Part shown: one piece after another, positions 24,381-36,996 of the stretch
Layout: every line of letters starts with the position of its first letter
Position numbering within the stretch: position 1 is the first letter of the stretch
Origin: Asterionella formosa
Lineage: Eukaryota
Assembly: GCA_002256025.1 (NCBI GenBank)
Contig: NKIB01013380.1
Location: 1 to 58,676, forward strand
DNA length: 58,676 nucleotides
Direction: 5' to 3'
Notes under the pieces: model-generated
The model's input: only the letters and a program-made list of their open reading frames with translations
Database searches by the model: none
What the model was told of the DNA's origin: nothing
Position numbers and translations under genes: made by a program

Positions 24381-25933
24381 ATTACTAACGTTTCTGCATT
24401 TGAACCCCTAGCTTGAGGTAGCGTTAGAGAATTTTAGTGATTCAGACTAATCTAACACGTATTTTTCACGTATAAAAGGAGAATGTATAATGCTCAACGG
24501 AGCTTTCACCAATAGACACCATTTCCATAGTATGCTTACATACAGTCTTCGGGCAAAGTAGGGGTGTAAGTTCACTCTATATACTGTCAGGAGATAGAAT
24601 CTGGCGAGAAACTGAAACAAGGAACTTCGTTTTTTACTATGCCGAAAAAGACTTGAAAATTCGGGGGAAATCTGTTTAATTGGAATAGTCTAAAACCGAA
24701 CTTCCTTCCTGCACTTTCTCACTGGAAGATATAAACTGATACTATTTGAAAGATACTACCTATGTATTTAAATCGCCTTCAGACCCAGCCAATGTTGAGC
24801 TATGGTCATCCATAAATTCGACAAAATCGGCCTTTTCTACGGTCGCCAAAATATCGGAATCAGAATGACTATGAGCAGAAAAGTCATCATCAGAATAGTG
24901 GTTGTCCTCCCGAATTTTTCGTTCTAAAATTTCCTGTCCAACAAATTCTATGATTGTAAGTGCCCGTTTCCAGGTATATAATATAATTGGTCAATGCGAT
25001 TTTTTAAAACTTACCTCCATTTGATTGGCCCGATCTGCATGGCATCGCAAACCTATGCACCAGGACGCACTTGATGCACATGTTTATTTTTTGGGGGTGC
25101 TTGTCGATACAGTACTGCATCCAATGCTGGTAGCTGATTGTCATTGATCGTATGCATACCATCACTAGAATGCACATTCAAATCAAATGCAGTAGCCTTA
25201 ATCATTGCTTGTCGAACAATAAAACACCTTGTACTCGGAATATTCATATGATATCTGCTGTTCTGCAGCCAGTGCTGGTGCCAGTTAAAAACTGCTTTGA
25301 ACCTATATTTCACTACTGGTATGCTTGATTGATTAGCATTACTAAACACTGAAATATTCATATAGATGCTCCAGGTGTTCACGAGTGGTTGGGGACTATG
25401 ATTGGACAAATGATTCAACCAGATTCCATTGACAACAGAAGATATGAATGTTTTTTAATGATAAATATATCCATTATAGAGGTTCAAAGAGTGTACAAAA
25501 TATCTGAATACTGCAGAATTAATTTATGATCAATAGGGTACCGTAGATGGGTAACAATGTTCATAATGAACATTTGCCATCAATTACCAGTACTACATAC
25601 ACTTGCTATGATTACTACTATGGAGCTGCATTAGAAATAACTGCGATCTGAATAAAAATATATGATAATAAGGTTTACCAAATTCATACCGGTATATGTG
25701 GACATATACCTGTTTACTCCGAGGACATCATGGTACCAGTGGACCTACACCCCTACTTAGTCCGAAGACTGTATGTAAGCATATCATGGAAAGGGTGTCT
25801 GTTGGTGAAAGCTCTGTTGAGCATTATACATTCTCCTTTTGTGTGTGAAAATTCTTGTTTGATTAGTCTGACTCAACATAATATTTTTAACCCTACCTCG
25901 AGCTAGGGGTTCAAATGAAGCAACCGTAATAAT
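24381..25933. mobile_element. Non-autonomous DNA transposon with ~196-bp inverted termini (MULE/foldback-like)
   Basis: 24381-24576 is the reverse complement of 25738-25933 with scattered mismatches; no intact internal ORF; no clear TSD. Confidence 0.85.
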
Positions 25934-26533
25934 ACTAAGAAGGCATTGTTGCACAAATGACCAGAGCAGGAGTCATGCATCATCAGTTGTCAAGGTGGCT
26001 TGGTTTGATCCAATGACCCACAACATACGAAATTCTCTTGGATTTTTCGGTCATTGTACGCAGTATGTTTCGACCTTGGCCAAGGGAGTTTTTAACATCT
26101 GCCGAATCCGTGCGGTTGTCTTTTAATTGGGATTCTCATCTGTTCAACTGCAATTTTCGACTGTTCTAGTAAAATCGAAGTGATCGCATGATATGAGAAC
26201 ACGAGGCAATAGATATGAGAATACAAGAGAACAACAACGTCGACGCAAATATGTTTTATATGACAGAAAATTTATTAGTTCGATAGCGAGCATGTCTTGC
26301 AGAACATACTTACGATTAGAATGGTACCAGGTACCTGATATAGCCGACAATTCGTGAACAGCCATCATATCATATGTATTCTTCCGCTATGTTTCTATCT
26401 GTAAAACATTTACAGCATCAGTAATGATCAGAATAATGACAATTGTTGTGATCTGAACCTGCTCATAAATCGACTTCGCAGTATCCTCTTGGTACCGGTA
26501 CAATCCCCTCAAATTATTCTTCATTTCGTAAAG

Positions 26534-27436
26534 ATGAAGCTTTCTCTTTTGATCGCCACTACGTTGTTTGCAGGAACGACTGCCTTCGTTCCTCAAACCT
26601 ACGTGAAACCGCAAACTACTGCGGTTCACATGTCCAGCGTTCCTGGAGACTTCTGGAAGAACAAGCGACCATCGTTTGGGGCCTCCAAGGACGCGACGAA
26701 GGCCGACTCCATCAAGCCCGGCAACTGGCTTCAACGGCAAATGATGGATGATGTTATCATCGACCCAGACTACTATCTGACTTGGTCCTTCGCCCTTGTT
26801 GGCGCCTTGATCACTTGGTACCACCCACGTAAGTTTTACATTATTAGTATCACATCTATTGGATCCTTCTTCGGGTTTTTTCTGGCATGTGCGCATTTTG
26901 ACAATGACCCGTTTCAGCACTTTCTAACAAGTCTTTATCTCTACTTCCTTTTTATTACAGACAATGCGGATGGCTCACTCTCGCTCATTGGTGTGGCAGG
27001 TGGGGCTTTTCATATGCTCTTTGCTTCTCTTCTTTGGGTTCAGACCCTCCGTGTACGTCTGATCTTCGAGAAGGATTCGTTCGAGTTCTATAACATTAAG
27101 GGGCCTTCTCTCGATTTTGAAAAGGGTGCCTATCTTGAGAGAAAGCCCGACAACTATGTCAGCGGCACTGTCAACCGTTGGAAGTACGATTCCATCATCA
27201 ATTGGGGAATCTTTCCATCCTTGGAGTATCCTGTCATTATCTACTTCAAGGAAACCGAAACTCCAAAGGAACAATGGGGCAAGTGGTTTGCCGCCTTTGA
27301 CAGTTATGGCAATGGACAACCTCACTTTTTCCCTGGTCTTGCCAATGCTCGTCAATTCAAGGAACAAATGGAGCTTCGTGGTGTCAAGCGTAAGGAAATT
27401 CCTACATTCAAGTCCATGCGCCAAAGCAAGGAATAG
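26534..27436 (+). CDS. Plastid-targeted DUF3119-family membrane protein; intron 26829..26960
   Basis: Signal peptide plus TTA-FVP plastid motif; LWVQTLRVRLIFEKDSFE, NRWKYDSIINW, PVIIYFKETET, GQPHFFP. Confidence 0.85.
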   Translation: MKLSLLIATTLFAGTTAFVPQTYVKPQTTAVHMSSVPGDFWKNKRPSFGASKDATKADSIKPGNWLQRQMMDDVIIDPDYYLTWSFALVGALITWYHPRKFYIISITSIGSFFGFFLACAHFDNDPFQHFLTSLYLYFLFITDNADGSLSLIGVAGGAFHMLFASLLWVQTLRVRLIFEKDSFEFYNIKGPSLDFEKGAYLERKPDNYVSGTVNRWKYDSIINWGIFPSLEYPVIIYFKETETPKEQWGKWFAAFDSYGNGQPHFFPGLANARQFKEQMELRGVKRKEIPTFKSMRQSKE

Positions 27437-29198
27437 ACGAGAAACCCTGCCTCAAGACACTCAAACAAGAATGCAAAACATCTATGAATACTACCTCAAC
27501 AAAACTTCAGATCAGAACAGCAAAGTACCCCATGCATCTAATAGTACTTTCCAAACATAGAGGAAACATTGCATGGGATAGGTATAGAATCCAGGCAGTA
27601 GTAAATCACAAAGAGCAATGCAACGACTAGAAAAAATGTTCCTATACTATTTCATTCCAATTTTACCCAGGAGCAATATGTGTATGGCGCAGTAGGCACT
27701 CTTAGGTTAAAATAGCTTGGAGTCACTCCTCCTAGTAGATTGGTCGTACTTCAGGAAGAATTTTGCCACTTTGTTTTCCACCCTCGATGGCTGCTTGACT
27801 CTTGATCAGATCTACGAATAGTGATAAGGGAGAGGAGCAGCTGCCTGATGATGATGGTTTAGTAAGAAGAAAACTGTTACATGAACAGCTTCATCCCATT
27901 ATAATTACTATGTATAATCATACCCAGCACATAATGACTGGTGAAATGCTACCTATACATATTATTCAAAATCCTTTCTATAGATATCTGTACATATGTA
28001 GTCTACAGATAATGTATGCTGGAGGGATCAACACCTGTTTGACACAAATGTCAAAATTCTGCTTAGTTACTTAATAGCTCATTATAGCAAATGATTTCTA
28101 GGAACAGCCACAAACTTATTTAAAGCCTCTCAAGAACAAGAGTGGACAACAGGTCAAATTTTGGTTAGATGTAGCAGATTTGGTTAGAGAGGTAACTAAT
28201 GATACTCCAGAAATACCAAAGCAAAACAAACATCTTGACACAACCAGCCAACATTGAATCTCCAATGATTCCTAGGTCCTCTGCATTTCCAGACATCCAC
28301 CGGCCCAACTTAGCAACAACAGATAGAGATCAACAACGACACAGCTTTTTAAGACCTGACTCTCATTCAAGGGATTTGCTAGCAAGGTTTTTCCGCCACC
28401 TCACCAATCCATGGCCATGGAGGAGTGCAATGACTAAGAATCCTAGCTATGGTAGTAATAGAGACAAGTAGCTAATATCATGATTGCAGAATAGTCCTGC
28501 AGACATCTGTCAAAGAGGACATTTGTCATCTATGGAGCGAGCAATTTATGCAATGTCACCCTGGGAAGTTCTTGTAAAAGTTTGCAAATTTTAAAGAATA
28601 ATTTGATAAGGCAATCTTTCAGAAAATTGTGGGGTCGAATATGTCGGGTTCCTTCTAGTACAAAACTATTGAAAACCTCTATACACAATGGCTACATTGC
28701 TTATACTGAACGAAACCACTGATATAGCTGGACTACCGGTATACCGGTATGTGGTTAGTAAGTTTACCGGTATTTGTCTATTTATTACGAAACACCCCGT
28801 GGCCATCGTCAGCAGAGTTCTAAGGGATTCTTTTCCTACATACCACAGGTGGTACTATGATAGTAAGTATACCGCTACCGGGTACATGGAGTTGTTTGTC
28901 GGCTTCGGTATATAATTTAACCGTGATAATACGCACGACAGGTAAATCATCTCCCGGTGCTGGTTGTTATACAGAGAGGCAATATACTGTGTACTCCACA
29001 TAAAATAAAATAAAATATACCAGTCAAAACGTTCCGCCCTCGCTCCCTTGTACTCATGATGAATTGTAGGGACTCCTACGAATTAAAGCATTCAACCACA
29101 GAGCATTGAAAGAGCATTACAGCGATAAGTGAATAAATCAAAGAGAAGTGTGCAATCATAGAGGAGAGAACGAGAAGCGAAAGAAAGTCAAGCTCCGA

Positions 29199-29805
29199 AT
29201 GTTGTCACATATGAGTCGCCGCGCTCTGGAGAGTCCTCTGTCACGACGTCTCTTTTCGGCGCAGCCAAAGGTGGCAGCAGCCGCTGTTAAACGAACCAGG
29301 CGATCTCTGGATCCTATTATTGTGGTACGTGGGAATGATTGGGGTATATTGTATGACTTTTATCGTTGACCGACTGAAGGACTGACTCACACATATCTGA
29401 TTGTAAAAGACGCCTCAGGCAGCAGATCGGATCAAGGAACTGCTTTCCGGTGACAATGCCAAGGGCGCCATAGGCATCCGGCTGGGAACCAAACGAAGTG
29501 AGTAAATAAGTATGCACGATTAAGTTTTCTTTGCATGTTTAACATGTCCTCACACTAGCCTAAAAACGCCATGTATAGGAGGTTGCAACGGACTTTCATA
29601 TACATTGAATTACGCCTTCGAAAAACCAGCTTCAGATGAAGAAATGGAAGCTCATGGTGTTAAAGTATTTATTGAACCCATGGCCTTGATGAATGTGGTG
29701 GGAACTACCATGGATTGGGAAGAGTCTGAGCTGAGTGCAGAGTTTACCTTTAAGAATCCAAATTCAAAAGGAGAGTGTGGGTGCGGAGAAAGCTTTAATG
29801 TATAA
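29199..29805 (+). CDS. ISCA1: Mitochondrial iron-sulfur cluster assembly protein ISCA1; exons 29199..29324, 29410..29497, 29579..29805
   Basis: Spliced TPQAADRIKELL..GIRLGTKRRGCNGLSY..FKNPNSKGECGCGESF; Arg/Ser-rich presequence. Confidence 0.93.
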
Positions 29806-30717
29806 ACAAGAGTACATCTTTTCTTCTGTATTTGGACGAAGAGATCCAATTTCAAATTGTGGTGAGAGTTGTATGTTTTTAGAACTAGTTATTAGGTTGG
29901 AAGAAGTTCCTGGTTGTTGAAAGCAAGTACTTGTAACAGATTGATCCACGCACATGGGAAGCCAAGCTTTTTACGAGATTTTCAGAACTCCTCATGATAT
30001 GTACATGCCCCAATATTAAATGATGATACCCAAATTGTAGGTTCATCCCTTCTTGGAAAAATTGCACTAGAACAAACATAATCAATGCATTCTGGATCTA
30101 CTGAAAAATATTTCCTCCCCCTCCCCCAGGCCAATTTTAACAAAAAGTAGTGGAAATGGATGATTGCTACAAGTGCCTTCATTTTAGATTTCGTTTTTTA
30201 AAATATGTATGATTAAATAATTCGTTGAGGTACACGAATGCACATGTTAGTGATTCATCGAAAGGGGTCGTTTCGTGGAAGCAAATCCTGACAAAGTGTC
30301 ATCACTTGTTCTTCTATTACTACGTACTATATTGTACCGGTAGGATTGCAACAATATTGATACCGGCAGTCCGTACAATACGCACATACCAAAATGCATA
30401 CAGGCCTAGAATAGTACCGGTATGCAAAAAATTGATACATAAAAAAGAGTAATAGACAGGCCAAATATAAACGGTAACTACCGTAAGCAAATGCAGCATA
30501 CAAAATGGCGCGAAGGAGTACCATTATGTACGACCAGGTACCACCAGGTAAAACGAAAGCAAAAATGCATACCAATCCGGTAGCTACCAATATTACTAAT
30601 TTCTTGTTGATATTGTTTCTGTTTCAGTTCGCTCTGTTTCAGTTCGCTCATTCGTATACCTGAGGGAGTCAATTACTGCCTTGCACACTATCAGCTAACT
30701 TCAATCAATTCTATATC

Positions 30718-31368
30718 ATGTCGCTCACGAAACCAGATGTGGACGATTCCTTTGATATCATCCTTCCCGCTTCCTACTTCACGGAGAGTTCGACCGGTGA
30801 ATGTTCCATTCTCGTTCAGATTGAACCACAAGATGCCATGCTGCTTGATTTTGAAGGAGCATCGGGCGCCATTGGTCGTTTTGAGGCAGATGCGAATGGC
30901 CGTGAGTAAACGAGCATGTGCGCTTTATGGTTGACCGACCAACCAAACACTAACCCCCCTCGAGTCACACTGGATTTGAAGGGATATCAGTACGACGGAA
31001 CCATTCATCCGGGGCCGACTACCATGATAGTATCCTTGCGCGGAGGCGAACTGAAGGTGGAGGCCATGACCGATGAATTTGTTTCTCTGAAGAAAACAAC
31101 CGATGTCATGGCCAAGCTCAGCGCTGTTGTTCAAAAAGGCAACATGGATGCTTCCTATAATGTAGTGGATGACGATGTTAACAAAAAGGAAAAACAAGTG
31201 GAAGAAAAGGGCACTACATGTCGGCAGCTCAATGCGACAACAGGTTCAAATAGCAAGGCCGCTGCCGTAAAGACAGTTGTTCGTATAACCAAGGAAAGGA
31301 GAAACGATGGAAAAGAGCCGCTAGCGAAAAAGAGAACGCTCCAAACTAGGAAGCGAAAATCAAAGTGA
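30718..31368 (+). CDS. BIN4-like DNA topoisomerase VI accessory protein; exons 30718..30901, 30965..31368
   Basis: Spliced LDFEGASGAIGRF..LTLDLKGYQYDGTIHPGPTTMIVSLRGGELKVEAMTDEFVSL parallels the plant BIN4 C-terminal domain (as recalled); basic C-terminal NLS. Confidence 0.7.
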
Positions 31369-32468
31369 CAGGGTTGAGTTTGTATTCATCTTTCCTCTCT
31401 GCACTTCACAATTGATGATCAAAAGGTAAAGAGTTGAAAAATAGCTGAAGATATAGTAAGCAAAAATTATTAATGATTCCCAAAATTAGGATAATGGCAA
31501 AGGTGCATTGGAAAATTCTGAGGCTCTTGCTGCCAGTACTCCTCATGCTTGATATAGAGGAATTCAAACATCCTTGTTCAGGGTATGATGGGTACAGTAA
31601 TGTTTTGGTTTTTGATTACCTGGTAATGTATCAAGCCTTGTTGCTTGCATCTAGCATTTACAGATTTGCTGCCAATCTGACTGTACTTTCTCCAATTGTA
31701 GGTGTTGTGAAATGGATGTATCACCTGTAATCATTTCATTTAGCATCCCATCTCAAATTTTTAGTGAATATATACAGTTACATACTATATAAATGAATAT
31801 TTGATAAGCATGTTTATATTTATAATGCTTGATCATATTGCTCTAATATTGATCCATATTGACTCATAGCGGTAACCACAAAGTAATCATACAAACACAG
31901 TAATTGAGTAACAACAATTCAAGTCGAAATCACTACTTCTCTTTGAATTTCAATCGCTCTTCTCATGACCATGAATTACTAATTGTATTTATGCCTTCAT
32001 TTGTTTTCAATTTTGTCTGTAAAAATTTCAGTAAGTGATATTAGAATATATACAATGCTGTCTGAGTTCATTATTTACCCCGACCTAATATAGAGTATAA
32101 ATATAGGTTGTACGACAATTCGGTACGGAGTAATAGTTAATGATATAATTAAGCCCCATCATGGATGTGACACATACGTAAAAAGGGTTAGGGTTAGAAT
32201 GCGAAGTATGAATATGTATTGCGGTTGTACAAAATTTGACGTAAAATGATCTTATGATTAGTTGTTTATGATCTTAACTCTAGTGTTTGTATTTATCGTG
32301 GTATATAGTAATAAATGTTAAAACATGCAATGTTGTGAGTAGGGCCCTATTTCATCTACATCTATCATTTTCACAAGTAAGGACTGCTAGGAGTACATAG
32401 TAACAAGGTACCGGTAGTTATGAACAACTGTGTACATCTTGTTGAAGGACATGATATGATGATGTATG

Positions 32469-32695
32469 TACCTGCACGTTGCGGTCATTTTGCTTAAATA
32501 AACAATTTAATATCGGATAAAGACAGCTAAACCTTTAGTTTCAGCAAAATTACCTTAACTTGCTAAACTTTTCGTTTCAGCACAATTACCGCAACTTGCA
32601 GCAAGTTGAGGTAATTTTGCTGAAACTAAAGGTTTAGCTATCTTTATCCCAGATTAAAATGTTAGTTTGAGCAAAATGACCGCAACTTGCTGGTA
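32469..32695. mobile_element. Palindromic head-to-head dimer of the ~100-bp MITE
   Basis: Ends TACCTGCACGTTGCGGTCATTTTGCT and AGCAAAATGACCGCAACTTGCTGGTA are inverted repeats; symmetry centre near 32600; ~35-bp internal duplication. Confidence 0.85.
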
Positions 32696-32895
32696 GTACG
32701 ATCTTTTTCCAGTTGTGTACATAAATATATAGATGCACACCACCTTTATATCCATAAGTGTGTAAGTAGCTACCGGTATCTTATTTGTCCATTGCAATGG
32801 TACTTGTAAGAGCATTTATGATCTCCCAATTCCCTTAATTTTTAGCGACACTTTATCATATGCTTCTTGTCCGTCCTCACCACACCTGTTATACA

Positions 32896-33491
32896 ATGCC
32901 TCCAAAACCAGTGCAAGATGCAGTTGCAAGGAGAGTGCCGGATTTGGCTCCAAAGCGAGTGATAGCTGATTTTGGAACCTTTCCTACCAGTTATTTTAAT
33001 AAAAGGCAAAAGCAGTATACTATTCATGACGCCTTTGGTGGTGCAACACCTTCCACTCTGTACGTTCCAACAAAAGTAAATCCTCCTTTCACTACTGAAA
33101 CTACAAAGGCTTGTTTCAATCGTTCAACTCCCATACAATCTGTCTTGAATTCTGCCAGTGAGAATGAAGATGATGATTCACTCGTTTCCGGTTCAAGAAA
33201 GGTTGCTGCTATTGAGAACACCCATAACATTCACCCTACGTTTGTTTTTGAAAAAGCTTTGCACTCGAAGTGATCAGGTGAAGTATGAAGTATGACAAAC
33301 TCAAAGATGAGCACATCAGTCTTCAAAGAATCCACAACAAACTCAAAGATGAGCACACCAGTCTTCAAGAAATCCACAGTGACCTTGTTCATTCTTACTA
33401 TAAAATCTCATCTGACCTGAATCACTATAAAAAGGGCAACATTCAGTTCAAGTTTCATCCTTACGTGGTTATGAAGATTCATCTGCTTTAG
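32896..33491 (+). pseudogene. Frameshifted ORF relic with a 42-bp tandem coiled-coil repeat
   Basis: ORF fragments in different frames; KLKDEHxSLQxIH occurs twice (33296-33380). Confidence 0.4.
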
Positions 33492-33658
33492 CAGAGAAAA
33501 AAGCACAATGTTTGTTTTTAGCTAAAATGGATCCCTCTGTTGTCGCAAAAGTTATTAGTTATTTTTTCAAAACCAAGCATAAGTACAGACTTCTTGAGAA
33601 GTTCTTCCCATTGCTCGAATTGTGGCTTCGTTTTGGGAATGTTCACGTAAATGAAGGT

Positions 33659-34630
33659 TCAAATAGGATATATGAGTTGACTTAATTGACATGCATTTTC
33701 CTCTATATATGAACTTCCCTCGGGATTCTCCATGATGGAATTATTGACAGAATTATTTTCAGCTTCAAATGATTCAATAAAAGTACCATTTCGATCATCC
33801 CGGTCATTGGGCATAACGAATTTGGAAAGGTCAAACATAGTGTGGCTGATTATGGTATTTTTGTTCTTCAACAACCTGATCTCTTCCACAATATCCTGAA
33901 TAGAAGTTTGATTTTCGAAAACAGGTTGATCTTCAGTGGTAGCATTAACAAAGATTCCTGTATTGTCATCAAGATGTTCTTCTTCATGACCAATCTTTGA
34001 TGAATTATTATTGTCTAGAATCTTTTCATTGCCTGATATCGTTGTCTTTCTTGGAAGAACAACAGAATCTATCGAACCAGCACTTAAGTCATCATCATCT
34101 CCATCCATCAGGGAAGCAATCTGGGGTAGGGTTGTTGACATTTTCTGTATTAGAAAGCTTGGCCTTGGCCTCTAAATGTAGAGGTACCCTTGTCTCGTCA
34201 CAGGACATATCATGCATTATCATGAGAGATCGATTGGCTTCTTCTCGATTTGGTGAACAATCAATAAGAATAGCCTGCCGCTTTTCATTGAAAAAATGGT
34301 TCAAATGTTTTGAACTCGCCGTAAAAGATGACCTCTCTCATAAATGCATTGGGGCAATTATGGAATTAACCTATGAACTCTTTTTTTCGGAGAATTGTAA
34401 ACCTTCTCGAAATCATTAGATTCGGAAGGAAACAGACATCTGCTCTCAACCGATTCAATGAGTCGTTTCAATTTCTTCCTCAATGTAAAGATGTGTTCTA
34501 GTGTAAACCAAAATAGACTATCATCTTTGTCATTCTGAATGTTCTTGTTGTGTTCCATATCAACTTTGATTGGTATTGATATGACAAGTGATGCACCCAG
34601 TATGGTTACACGAAATGATAAACAATGCAA
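33659..34630 (-). pseudogene. Frameshifted ORF relic, paralogous to the 2.0-2.4 kb region
   Basis: Three consecutive minus-strand ORF fragments in shifting frames; nucleotide homology to 2100-2420. Confidence 0.55.
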
Positions 34631-34833
34631 TGAAACGGAGTTCGATTACTATCAATGATGTGATGGGAAGGCAAGCAACAGCAGCGGCCACAGCAGCAGT
34701 ATAATTGCATTTGCTTGTACTGATGGTACCACGGTACATCATGCATGCTATTCTATATAAGTTCACTGTTGTAATCATGCGATAATATGATATTGACGGT
34801 ACGATTTTTTGACTGTAGAGAACCCTACGTCAT

Positions 34834-34971
34834 CTTGTTTGTACGAGATCGTGTTAAAGCATCCCCCCCATCAAGTATAGGTACCAATCTCACCTTGTTT
34901 GTACGAGTTATTGCATACCCAATATCACCTATAGGTAACGGTACCAAGGTCACCTTGCTTGTTTGTACGAG
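34834..34971. repeat. Degenerate tandem repeat, ~60-64 bp period, three copies of CTTGTTTGTACGAG
   Basis: Copies at 34834, 34894 and 34958; spacers share TATAGGTA..CACC. Confidence 0.7.
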
Positions 34972-36996
34972 AAGAACTTGTGATTGTTGTGTACCAGGTA
35001 CTGGTACTCTCCGTCATTCCCTCATCTTAACCCTGTCCCTGTGATTGACATGACTTGTTAAATTCAAATCAATTGTATATGGTACACACGTTTACATACA
35101 AAAAATATCAGTGCAACATATATATGGCACTGGTAGTAAATGTCCCAATGATGGACATGATTTAGATTCAAATCAATTGTATACATTTGTTTACTTACAA
35201 AAATATCTGGCTATTTGCAGATGTACAAATATTCTCTGAGACAATAAATATTATTCATATTAGATCATAAATCGAATTTATATGATTATATAATCGTCAT
35301 TATAAGATGCATCACACGAATAAGATGTTTTCTATTTGCAGACAATTGCTTGCACTATGCAGTCTCATCCAAGGCAGCATTAGTAAAGCCGAAATTGAGC
35401 TGCTTTGACAGACAGCCAATGGTATAGCATTCTTATACATTTGTAGCCTGTATTTGCAACTACCATTTTTACTTTTCTGGTATAGTTTCTTTCATGAAAA
35501 GGACTTGAGATAGATTGTATGACAAAGAGAATTTTAAATTTAGCCAAAAGCTGATATACTTCTGTACTATCTCTCAGGAATGACCTTCCCACCACCATGA
35601 TGGTAAATACAAGCTATAATGTAAGTGCTACATTGACTCTACAAGGAGGAAACCAGGATATTTGTGCCATGATTGAGGATTGTAGGATGACAAAATTACT
35701 TCATCGATTTTGAATGGCTCAATTGATTTGATGATGATGGCGCACCTTTTTTAGTAATATGGGACACATACATTTTGACAATCATGCATATGCAGAATAA
35801 GATTACCAGATGCAATGCATTTTGGTTGAAAATAAGGATATGAGCTTGGAATCCCCACAGATCACACCAGTCATACTAGGAGAAGATTGCAAAATGCAAT
35901 ACATTTTGGTTGAACATGTGGTTATGAGCTTGGAGTCCCAGAATACCAATTATGTTACCTATTCTTGGAGTTTGTAACTGAAAACAAATAGCAGTAATGA
36001 AAGAATATGCCGGTATTTGGTTTTTTCTTTTGCTGGTGCTGTTGTTGCATAATAGCAAGCAAAATACAAAACACTTGTTGACACAATCATGACAATACCA
36101 TATGCCACTGGACACAGAGAAACTATTTACCATTTGATATTCTACTATTGTGTGCTCCATGAATTTATTTCATACCCTGTTGGATATACTGCTGGTAGCC
36201 GTTAAATCCTTAGGTTCAAGTTCCAGCGCATACCTACATACATATTGGTCACATGTATCTCCACCCTACTGCGTCTGTTAGCCATAGAATGATTCCAAGA
36301 GAGGCATGTTGTAATAATCCTCTACTACATAAAAAGCAATCCATGTACGTAGTGTTGTATGATGCTGCACATACCGGTACGCACAATAGCCGGTATATAC
36401 AGTGTACAGTATTTTTACATGTCAGTACGATTTTCCCCGAATCGAAGCCGCTCAAACTTGTTCATTCTTGTTACCGGTACTTTTTCACACTCCCACTCCC
36501 CCATCATATATACCGGTAGGAACGGTGGAATAAATCGTACGTATGTATTTCCTGTCCTATGTACGACTAAAGACGTTTTTAAGATATGTAATTAACGGTT
36601 TGAATGTCTTTGGTCATTTATGTATAAACACGTAAAGCTAGCGATGAGACTCATACTATTGCCTGATTACACCGTCATGCTACATATGTAACATTTATAT
36701 TACCGGCCGGTTTTTGACGGCTGCCTCAAAATGCCAGTGCCGATCGCTGAAATGCTTAGAGCATGTGGGGAAGCGAATTATGCAGAAATACATGACTGAA
36801 TAATAGCATGTCGAATCACGCCTGCCCTATTATGATGGCAAAACTACGTGTGCAACACTCTCATCGCTCACATTTTGCGAGGTTTAGTCACTTGCATGAA
36901 TTGGGCGACGAAACTATCGTGTAATAACCATATTTAGCAGTCCATATTTTTCACTGAACCTTCTCACAATCCAAGAGAAAGGACGTTGAAGTCAAA

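Noticed and set aside
25053..25418. ORF inside the long-TIR element as a MULE transposase
   Set aside because: Only a vague DGMH resemblance; insufficient to call.
26387..26920. 177-aa antisense ORF and similar shadow ORFs over real genes (e.g. 37402-37917, 41169-41672, 48012-48512)
   Set aside because: They overlap well-supported CDSs and show no recognisable motifs.
34834..34971. CRISPR-like repeat-spacer pattern
   Set aside because: Only three 14-bp cores, spacers resemble each other, eukaryotic context and no cas genes; it is a decayed tandem repeat.
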